Source: Octopus sinensis
Taxonomy: Eukaryota
Direction: 5' to 3'
Assembly: GCF_006345805.1 (NCBI RefSeq)
Contig: NC_043013.1
Span: 34,100,001 to 34,164,000, forward strand
DNA: 64,000 nt
In this document: positions 53,133-64,000 of the stretch, one piece after another
How the letters are laid out: the number at the start of each line of letters is the position of its first letter
How positions within the stretch are numbered: the first letter of the stretch is position 1
Position numbers and translations under genes: made by a program
Notes under the pieces: model-generated
The model's input: the letters and a program-made list of their open reading frames with translations, nothing else
The model's database searches: none
Told to the model about the DNA's origin: nothing

Positions 53133-54331
53133 TTGTTTATCTACTTTTCTTTCTTCAATTGTATTCCGAGTGAAAATGCAATCGGTTAGCATATGCAGAA
53201 TAACATAGTGGACAAATGGTTACAGAGTATCTTTTGAGGGCAACATACTGACAAGTATGTTTGAATATAAATATCTTTTGATGACTATGACAAAATAGCA
53301 AGGACAAGTATTCAAAGTAAATGAACAAAAAATATGAAAATAAAAATCTTTTGGAAATAATTTCCTATTCAATGTATAGAATAAAGTTACGTTGCACTAT
53401 TTTGCAACATGCTTTTATTTCAAAGAACACAAATATAAATTTACCCGAGATGATGCGTGTGTGTGAATATGTATGCCTATATATATGTGTGTGTGTGTGT
53501 TTATGTGTATGTGTATATACACACATACACACATATATACAAAAGATATTTATATGTATGTTTTTACATACATATATAGACTTATATGTATATATAACTA
53601 TGCACAAATATGTGTGTGTTTATATATATATATCTATATATTTATATATACACACACATGTATGTAGGTATATGTATACATATATATGTATATACATGTT
53701 TATGCATATAGATATATATATACATATATGTGTGTGTATGTACAGATACATAAATGTATATATGTGTGTGTGTGTGTGTGCACATGTGTACGTGTGTGTG
53801 AATTCAATAATGAAGGAAACTGCAGTGTCTTCTATCTTCTATATTAGCCATAAGGAATATATTGGAAGAGATTTATTAATAACATAATGCTGTGATTGTC
53901 CATTAACTGTCCAGTTTTCTTAATATTCAAAATAAAATTCCATTTATTTCGTAAGAAACTTTCAAGCTTCAAGCCAAGAGAATGAAAGTAACAACCTTAT
54001 TGAATTCTATTTGATGATTTTTCTTTACTCTCCCTCCCTCTCTTCTCTCACACATATACATATGCTTATATATATGCATATATACACATGAATTATATAT
54101 ATATATATATATATACATACATACACACACAGATATATACATATAGATTCATACATATGTATATATACATATATATAGATATAGATATATATATATATGT
54201 ATAAGTACATGCATACATATATTTTTATATACATAATGCATATGTATATATACATGTGTGCATATTATATATATATATGTGTCATAAATATATTATATAT
54301 GCATATCTGTCTATTTATCTATCTATCTATC

Positions 54332-54362
<31 letters not shown>

Positions 54363-55364
54363 ACAAGTGTTTCCATATATATGATCATATATATATACAC
54401 ACACACTTGTTCATATACACACACACACAATGTTTTATTTCATTTTTCAGGTTGATGGTCAGTACATCAAACCAAAGGCGAAGGCTTTCTGTTGAAAAAT
54501 GTTGATGTGAAATTACATTACTTACTTCAATAATACAAGAGAGAATCACATCTCTTAAATAAATGTGTTATAACCAAGAAAATGGCAATTTTTTTCTTTT
54601 TCTTTTTCTTCTTTTTTTTTTTTGCTTTTTAATTTTCATTTTACTCATTTTGATGTGACAAGTGAAAGGACATTTCTGAATCTATCAGCTTTGACACAGC
54701 AGAATAATCACCATCCATCATCATAATTGTCACCAAAATCATCATCATGATAATCATTAATAGAGTCGCAGAGAATACCTTGTGGCATTTTGTTCCAGCT
54801 TTTATGTTCTACATTCAAATCCTGCTGAGGTCAGCTTTGACTTTCATCCCTCAAGGGTAGTTAAAATAAAATGCTGATCAAGTACTCTTCCCTAAAAACT
54901 GCTGGCCTCATGACATAATTAATTATTTATTATAAATATGGAATAAACGCTTAGTGGCATTTCATCCATCTGCCAGTTCTGAGTTCAAATTCTGCTGAGG
55001 TCGACTTTACCTTTCATCCTTTATCCTTTCAGGATGAACCCCAGTGGGCAGCTAGTATTTATTTTATCAACCCTGAAAGGTTGATAATCAAAGTTTGACT
55101 TTGGCTAGATTTGAACTCAGGATGTAAGAATCAGACAAAACGCTGCTAACCTTTTATCAGATGCATTCACAATTCTGCCAGCTCACCTTAACAACTACAA
55201 CAACAACAATAATGAAAATAGCAATCCTTTCTACTATTGACACAAAGCCTGAAATTTGATGGTGGAGATTGGTGATGTAATCGACCAGTCCCCTCTCAAA
55301 TTTCAATCCTTGTGCCACCAGTAGAAAGGATTATTATTATTATTATTATTATCATTATTATTAA

Positions 55365-55403
<39 letters not shown>

Positions 55404-55419
55404 CATCATTGTTGTTGTT

Positions 55420-55633
55420 GTTGTTTTGCTTCTCAGAATGCTTGGTCTTGTTTCTGGCAGATTCCGTGAGAGTGGACAGCAGCCTGTTGTCAGATGTCTC
55501 ACGGGGTCTCTTTCCACACATCATAAGCTTTGATACTTGGTTATTAATTATCGTGGGAGACATTCAGCAACCAAGTACCAATCTCAGAACCCCAGCTGTC
55601 CCCAGCAGAGCAGTTTTTTGGGCTTCCTTTACT

Positions 55634-55637
<4 letters not shown>
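55420..55637 (-). mobile_element. R4/Dong LINE 3' end inserted in (TAA)n
   Basis: Minus strand RVKEAQKTALLGTAGVLRLVLGC* (QK..LLGTA.IL motif). Both flanks are AAT/AAC repeats. Confidence 0.75.
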
Positions 55638-55686
<49 letters not shown>

Positions 55687-55734
55687 CATCTTTGCATTGT
55701 CCCCCTCATCCTTCACCCCTGTAGAAAATAAATG

Positions 55735-55774
<40 letters not shown>

Positions 55775-56257
55775 TATTATTATTAGTATCACTACCATTA
55801 TTATCATATAGATGGTGAGCTGGCAGAATTGTGAATGCATCAGATAGAAGGTTAGTAGCATTTTGTCTGACTCTTAAATTTTGAGTTCAAATCTTGTCAA
55901 AGTCAAACTTTGATTTTCATCCTTTCAGGGTTGATAAAATAAATGCTAGCTGTTCACTGGGGTTCATGTAATCAATTAGTCCCCTTCCCCAAAATTTCAA
56001 GCCCTGTGCTTATAGCAGAAACAGATTATTATTGTTGCTGCTGTTGTTAAGGTGGCATGATGGCTGAATCGTTAATGCATTGGACAAAATGCTTTGTGAA
56101 ATTTCTTCTGACCCTTTATCTTCTGATTTCAAATCCTGCTGAATCCAACTTATTATTTTGGAGTCGATATGATAAACTACCAGTCAAGTACAGGGTGTCC
56201 AAAAGGTCCCCCTGCCATGAATTTTTCGAAGACACCATCAACAGCAAAAGATATTCT

Positions 56258-56478
56258 CTCTTTACTCTTTACTCTTTTACTTGTTTTAGTCATTTGACTG
56301 CAGCCATACTGGAGCACCACCTTTAGTCAAGCAAATTGACCCCAGGACTTATTCTTTGTAAGCCTAGTACTTACTCTATCAGTCCTTTTTGCCAAACTGC
56401 TAAATTAAGGGGACGTAAACACATCACTATCGGTTGTCAAGCAATGTTGGTGGGAGAGACAAACACAGACACACAAAC

Positions 56479-56536
<58 letters not shown>

Positions 56537-56620
56537 GATGGGCTTCTTTCAGTTTCTGTCTACTAAATCCACTCACAAGGTTTTGGTTGGCCCAAGGCTA
56601 TAGTAGAAGACACTTGCTTA
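56258..56620 (-). mobile_element. SINE family A
   Basis: Homology to other copies. Confidence 0.85.
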
Positions 56621-56654
56621 CTGAGTAGAAGACTTCTTATAGTAGAAGACTTTT

Positions 56655-56952
56655 GCTTATTGAGCAAAAAACACCTAAAGCTCCATGAGGCTCCAGCAGG
56701 GGGGTAATGGCAAACCCTGCTGCACTCTTTCACCACAACTTTCTCTCAATCTTTCTTCCTGTTTCTGTTATACCTGTATCTCAAAGGGTCAGCCTTATCA
56801 CACACAGTGTGACGCTGAATAATCTCAAGAACTACGTTAAGGGTACACATGTCTGTGGAGTGCTCAGCCATTTGTACGTTGATTTCAAACAGGCTGCTCC
56901 TTTGATCGGATCAACTGGAACCCTCATTGTCATAATCAATGGAGTTCCACAA
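56655..56952 (+). mobile_element. SINE with a family C body and the tail seen at 49730-49897
   Basis: attgagc.aaaacacctaaag.tcca.gaggctccagcaggggg matches 30850-30950, and the sequence then switches tail. Confidence 0.7.
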
Positions 56953-57084
56953 AACCGTGTATATACTTACTTTTTTTTATCCTTTCATTATATATAAACC
57001 CCCACACTTTACATCTGTCTTTGTGCTTTTACCCCTCATCCTTCATCTTGGTGGAAAATAAATGAAATCAGCATTATTATAATT

Positions 57085-57295
57085 AGTGAGCTGGCCAAAT
57101 AATTAGCACACTGCTGGGTGAAATGCTTAGTGGTATTTTGTCTGCCACTATGCTCTGAGTTCAAATTCCGCTGGGGTTGCCTTTGCCTTTCATCCTTTTG
57201 GGGTCGATAAATAAAGTACCAGTGAAACACTTGGGTCGATGAAAATGACTATCCCCCTCCCCTTAAATTTTGGACCTCGTACCTTTAGTAGAAAG

Positions 57296-57343
<48 letters not shown>

Positions 57344-57640
57344 GAATGTGGTAAGTTGGTAGGAAGTACCAGTTTAGCATTTGGTGCTCAACTTACCATC
57401 ACCCCAAGAAATTTTAGGCCCTGTGCCTGTTATAGAAAGAATTATTATTATGGTAATAAGCTGGCTGGATCATTAACATGCCTGGCAAAATGCTTAGGGG
57501 CAATTTGTCCATCTTTATGTTCTGATTTCACATTATGCAGCGGTCACCTTTACTTTTCATCCTTTCAGGGTCAATAAAATAAGTACCAGTTACGCACTGG
57601 GGTTGATGTAAAATTTCAAACCTTGTGCTTTTAATAGAAA
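57085..57640 (+). mobile_element. SINE family B cluster in (ATT)n
   Basis: Homology to family B. Confidence 0.75.
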
Positions 57641-57642
57641 GG

Positions 57643-57675
<33 letters not shown>

Positions 57676-58227
57676 GCAATGGTTGTAGTATAAGTAATGA
57701 TGGTGGTGGTGGTGGTAGTGATTGTGGTGATGATGTGTGTGGAAGCCGTGGTGGCACTATCCACCACACCCACCCTTTCTCATGATTATTAAATATCTCT
57801 GTCACTCCATTTACACCAATAGCGTCAATCTAAAGGTTATCAATATTATTGGAAATAAGTGGCAGATAACCCAATACTTTGTTCCTTTCCTATATACTCA
57901 CACTCACACACGCACACACACAATACGCGAAAAAAACACACATACACATGTGTATATGAGAGAGAAATTGAGAGATATATATTTGGTTTGTCTTCTGGTT
58001 TTTCTCTATTTTATTCATGGATTTATCTTTCATTTTACTTATATATGTGTATGTGTGTGTATGTGTGTGTGTGTGTGTGCGTGTGTGTGTGTGTACATAT
58101 TTTTTTTTTTATTTTTAATCTTGTTGCATTTTGTCATTTTCCAATGTCAATTCCACCATATATCTAAAAACGGAAAATATTATACTTATTATTGTTATTA
58201 TTATTATTATCATCATTATTATTACTG

Positions 58228-58284
<57 letters not shown>

Positions 58285-58576
58285 TTGATAATGATATTGA
58301 CAAAGTACATTACATATTACAAGGATCAAAGAGATTATAAGAAATTTTAGTTTCCTGAAAAATTACATTCAGGCTTGGTTTAGGAATAATATCAAAGCTT
58401 ATATATATATATATATATATATATGAAAAATTATCAAAAAAAAAGAAAAAAAGCAGAAAAAGATATATAAATCAAAATCTTTCAGAGTTAATTCATATCC
58501 AACATGAAAATTGGTTGGAAGAAAAAAAGAAAGAAAAAAGAAAACAAATGAATAAATTATTAAAAGCACGATTGAA

Positions 58577-58626
<50 letters not shown>

Positions 58627-59426
58627 GAATGTTATTTTTTGCCAAAGTAGATGTCACATTTTTCTTCAGCTTTGCTACAATTTATGTTTCGTTTTTTTTT
58701 TTTCAAATTAAAACTATACAAAACACCGCTGGGGCAGGAGAAAGGGTTATTACCTAAAGATTTGTGTGAATTTCTTTTTTTGATTTCACATATTTTTTTT
58801 TTTTTGCTGTTATTGTCATATTCTTTTTCTTCAGAATATTCTTTCTTATCCTTAAGAGACCCAGTATCACCAAATAATTTGATGTCTCATATTGATTTGC
58901 TACTAAGTCATTCACCTTCCTCATATCAACACCATTGTCAAGAGGAGGAGGAGGAGGAGGAGGAGGTGAGGATGAAAGATGAGGAATAGAACCAAACACT
59001 TTTGTTGCAGAGTATCTTGTTTCAAAGAAATCTGCCACCTGAAGAATTATTCATGCATATAAGAAACAAATGCCTGCCACATTATCTGAGATATGTTGGA
59101 AGAATGGTTAAGTTTTCTTTGCAATCAGAAGGTCTCAGTTTCAAATCCACTACCTGGCAACTTGGCCAAATGTCATTTGCTATGGCTTTTAACAAACCAA
59201 TATCTTTTAAGTTAAACAGGGCTGATAAAAACTAAAAACTTTATCGAATCCTCTAATATCAAGGCTCAACATTTTCCACACATCATTTCATGCTGATTTG
59301 ACTAGTGAATTACATTAAACCCTTTTGAGACCATCCCACCTGAGACTACTCATAACCACACAGTTCAAACTTCTTGTTTTAATGTCATTTAAGTTCAAAA
59401 CTTCCATTCAAAATTTCATACACTTT

Positions 59427-59832
59427 AACTTGTTTCAGTCATTTGACAGTGGCCATGCTGGAGCACTGCCTTTAGTCAAGCAAATCGACCCCAGGACTTA
59501 TTCTTTGGAAGCCTAGTACTTATTCTATCAGTCTCTTTGGCCAAACCGCTAAGTTACGGGGACGTAAGCACACCAGCATCGGTTGTTAAGTGATGTTGGG
59601 GGGGACAAACACAGACACACAAATACACAAACACACACACACACATACACACACACACATATATATACACATGCATATATACGACAGGCTTCCTTCAGTT
59701 TCTGTCTACTAAATCCACTCACAAGGCTTTGGTCGGCCTGAGGCTATAGTAGAAGACACTTGCCCAAGGGACTGAACCCAGAGCCATGTGATTGGTAAGC
59801 AAACTACTTACCACACAGCCACTCCTGCGCCT
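59427..59832 (-). mobile_element. SINE family A, full length
   Basis: Homology to other copies. Confidence 0.85.
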
Positions 59833-59938
59833 AATGGTAATTTATGTTACAAACACCAGTTATTGAGTTCTTTGTTATTTTCAGAATTAATTGGAACAAA
59901 GGAAATGTATTCCAACAGAAATATGGTAACAATAGAAC

Positions 59939-60166
59939 TATCCCTTTAGCATTCAGATTATTCTGTCAAATGCAATGCTTTATTTCTTCACATTGCTTTG
60001 AATTAATCATGCATTATCCCATAGCTTTAGAATTTTGGCGATGCAATTCTATAATTTTAGAATAACATTGTAGGGCAGGTGTGAGAGGCTAGTTCTGGAC
60101 AGCTTGAACATAAAACAGGTAAAACATTTGGGCCAGGTATGGCCAGTTTAAATGCTAAGGGGTTAT
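59939..60166. mobile_element. piggyBac-like MITE family 2
   Basis: ccctttagcatt ... aatgctaaggggtta, homologous to 45456-45639. Confidence 0.65.
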
Positions 60167-61515
60167 GGTACAACTGTCTGTGGAATACTCAGCCACTCAT
60201 TCAATGAGCCTTGTAAAATAGTTGGCTTAACAACTGAACCCTCATCATCATCGTTTAACGTCCGCTTTCCATGCTAGCATGGGTTGGACGTTTTGACTGA
60301 GGGCTGGCGAACCAGATGGCTGCACCAGACTCCAATCTTGATCTGGCAGAGGTTCCACAGCTGGATGCCCTTCCTAATGCCTCATGGTCAGAAATTCCAA
60401 TCAAGATCTATTTTATCTGATATACAAAGACTTTGGTAGCTCGAATGTTAATGTAGTGGTGGTGGTGGTGGTGGTGGTGGTGGTGGTGATTGTGGCAGTG
60501 ATATGATGGCAGTAAGAGTATAGTGGTGGTTTAGGAATAAGAGTGTGTAAATGAAGGTGACACTGGTGCAGTGGTAGAGATGCACATGTTAAAAGTACCC
60601 AGTACACACTGTAAAGTGGTTGGCACTAGGAAGAGCATCCAGTTGTACAAACCAAGCCAAATCAGACTGGAACCTAGAGCAGCTATCTGGCCCTGCCAGC
60701 TCTGGGCAAACCATCCGACCTATGCCAACATGGAAAGCAGATGTTAACAGATCATGATGATGATGATGCTATATAAGTTATATGTGTAATAGTTAAATGA
60801 TACATTACGCATGTTAATGGGTTTTCTTATGCCAACGATTCTCCTTGGTCCAGGGGAATATTGCCTGGCATAAAACCAATCACTAGTGTAGGCAAAAGAA
60901 ACCTCATTATATCCTGTTGTGCTAATAATTATTTACTATAGAAGATGCAAAATAAGAAAAAACTATATCCATGGTTATTTGATCTACTAGAATTAGCAGC
61001 TAAATTTCACTCAAATCATAAACCTTACAGTTATAAAAGTGGAAAAAAATCCATTAATAATTACATGTGTGTATCATCACCATCATCATCATCATCATCA
61101 ATAAACCTTCGTTTTCCATGATGGCATAGGTTTAACAGTTTAATAGGAACTAGTAAGTTGGAGACCTGTATCAGGCTCCAGTCTGTTTTGGCTTGGTTTC
61201 TACAGCTGGATGCCCTTCCTAATGCCAATCACTCAAAGAGTGTTGTGGGTGGCTTTTATGTGACACCAGCACTGGTCATGATTACAATTTCACTTGGCTT
61301 GGCATATCTACACACAGGACTATAAATATATAGAGTATATGGCATATAATTAAGAATGTAAATGTATATAAACATATATCTCAAAGAGAGAGAGAGAGTT
61401 TGTGGCCATTTAAGCTCCCCAAACTGCAATATATTGGAGTTCAGATTCTGAATTCAAATATTATCTAGCCATATGCATAAATTTATTGGTTCACTTTGTA
61501 GCTAAGAAGATATAT

Positions 61516-61567
<52 letters not shown>

Positions 61568-61571
<4 letters not shown>

Positions 61572-61770
61572 TGGTAAAAACGGTAAGATAACAAAAGAAA
61601 GAAAGAGACCTCAATATTATGTAAATAGAGGAAATTTATCTATAAAATAATATGTTACATTTACTCAATAGTCAAAATAAAACTCAGAGTTTCAGATGCC
61701 GAAGTGGAAATCCACAACACCATCTCTTCGGTTATCTGGCCATCAAAGAGATGGCCAGATAACCGAAGGG
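61568..61770 (-). mobile_element. PLE-like terminal fragment with a variant hammerhead core and a short 19-bp snap-back arm
   Basis: Hairpin cttcggttatctggccatc-aaaga-gatggccagataaccgaag (61726-61768). Minus strand reads agataa CCGAAGA gatg...catct GAAAC tctga GTT ttattt. TA tracts lie on both sides. Confidence 0.6.
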
Positions 61771-62519
61771 ATATATTTATATATATATGTATATATATGC
61801 ATGTGTGTATGTGAAGGTTTATGCAATAAAATTTATTCTGCAGAATGGGCCACACATGATGAGGTGTAATTAAATTTCCCACCTGTAGTCAATCATTTGT
61901 ATATAGTAATTTCTACTGTCAGTAATCAGGAATACACTGGAAGAAATTTAAATCTATATCTGCATTTGCAAAATACATCATATCAAAAACTTATCAGAAT
62001 GTAAATTACAAATGCTTACATATTTAATTACAGAATTACTTCATCAATTTGAGCAAGAAAATGAAAGTCATCTTCATCTAGTTTAAAGAATTTAGCTGTT
62101 TTCAAAAAAGGTGTTAATTTAAGAACTGTTTGTTTAAATAGAAAATGGTGTCTATCATTTCCTCAGAAAATTTGAAAAAGTTAGAAGCATATATATATAT
62201 GAATATATATTATGATGACGATATACATATAAATATTATTCCTCTCTCTCTCACACACATACACTCTTAAAATCATCATTTAAAAGAAAAAACTGAATTT
62301 GTTCAGGCAAATTTTCTATGGCTAGAAGCCCTACCTGTCACCAAACCTTACCTGAGTTCAAGAAAGTAAGCTATCCCCATGGCCCAACATGAAGATAGGA
62401 AATAGACAACACTCATATAATTTGTGACAATTGTTTACACCTAAAACAAAATGCCAAGACAAGGGTATGTGCAAACACAAATACATGATTACAAGTATAA
62501 ACATATATTTATACATGTG

Positions 62520-62578
<59 letters not shown>

Positions 62579-62624
62579 CTATATATGTATGTATACATAT
62601 AAATACATAGGTACAAGAGTAGCT

Positions 62625-62827
62625 GCACCCAACATCACTTGGTAACTGATGCTGGTGTGTTTACATATCCGAAACTTAGCGGTTTGGCTAAGAGATCAAA
62701 AGAGTAAGTACTAGACTTATAAAGAAGTTCTGGGGTTGATTTACTCAGCTAAAGGCAGTGGTCCAGCATGGCTGCAGTCAAATGACTGAAACAAGTAAAA
62801 GAAAAAAGAAAAATACATACACACACA

Positions 62828-62880
<53 letters not shown>

Positions 62881-63130
62881 CATATATATACATATATATA
62901 TATATACGTGTATATATACATGGATATATATATATGTATAAATGTATATATATATACATATATGTATATATATATATCTTAAGCTTCTTTCAGTTTCAGT
63001 CTACAAAATCCACACACAATGCTTTGGTTATGCTGGGGTTACAGTGGAAGACACTTGCCTAAGGTGTTGCGTAGAGTGCTTCTTCAATCAAGTAATACAT
63101 GCTTAGGTAGGAAGCTTCTTCACCACACAG
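62625..63130. mobile_element. SINE family A halves (plus-strand tail at 62625-62805, minus-strand head at 62980-63130) around microsatellites
   Basis: Homology to family A. Confidence 0.7.
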
Positions 63131-63254
63131 CACATATATATATATTTTTTATATATAAATAATATATATATAGCACATATATAACATATATATATACACA
63201 CACATACTTAAATAATATATATATATAGTACATATATAACATATATATATATTC

Positions 63255-63285
<31 letters not shown>

Positions 63286-64000
63286 TACATAATAATATAT
63301 ATATACATATATATATTTAGTACATATATAACATATATATATTATATATATGTATATACATATATAAATATATTGCATATATATTAGATATATATCATAA
63401 GAGTATATATATCTTATATATACATAAATATACTACATATATATTACATGCATATGCTATATATGTATATATCACATACACAAACACATATGCATGCACA
63501 CACACACATATATACTACTTATATATCTGTACACTCATATACACATACATACGCATAGACTGATGCACAAATGTGTGTGTAGGTATGCTATAAATGTGTC
63601 TAATGTTACACCAGTGGATGCACTTTACAATAAGTTACAATAAATCAGATGTTTAATTTTTTTTCCACCCTCTCACATGATATCCCTCACTTCTAGTTGC
63701 TATTTCACTCTCTGCACACTTAATACGCTTAAGAGTAAGCCTTTATTATTTATGTGAGTTTTAATTCCTTTTTATTGTTCTTCAGGGTAACAGAGTTTTT
63801 CTCATCACATATATATACATATATATATATATACACACACATATATGTATGTATCTATATCTACATATGTGCATAAAATTATTAATGTAATGCAGGTTTC
63901 ATATATATTATATACCTATATGCATATATTATTAATATGATACATAATCTATATATATATATATTTAATATAACTATATATATACATGTGTGTGGATATG

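Noticed and set aside
59034-59080. CTGAAGA...GAAAC hammerhead-like spacing
   Set aside because: There is no NUH at the expected position and stem I (ccac vs tgcc) does not pair.
974-63308. Numerous YI/CV/HT/poly-I/poly-N ORFs and recurring peptides such as GLLSVSVYQIHSQGFG
   Set aside because: These are translations of microsatellites and SINE copies, not genes.

Overview
AT-rich eukaryotic DNA dense in microsatellites ((TA)n, (ATT)n, (GATA)n, (CAT)n) and SINEs. The repeat families look like those of Octopus/coleoid cephalopods; this is recognition from memory, not a database result. No host protein-coding gene can be firmly identified, and nearly all listed ORFs are microsatellite or SINE artefacts, so the window is probably intronic or intergenic. 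It holds dozens of SINE copies from about five families, three mariner relics, piggyBac-like and hAT-like MITEs, a Helentron/HINE-like element, R4/Dong and RTE-type LINE 3' ends, and four decayed Penelope-like element (PLE) coding fragments. The main finding is six sequence-unrelated head-to-head palindromes (about 3.3, 8.8, 17.1, 26.5, 27.8 and 61.7 kb), each beside (TA)n or TA-rich tracts. Their arms carry minimal type-I hammerhead ribozyme cores (CUGAnGA...GAAAC-n4-6-GUH) pointing outward from the centre, intact in some and decayed in others. They are best read as snap-back (inverted pLTR) insertions of several PLE families spanning a range of ages.
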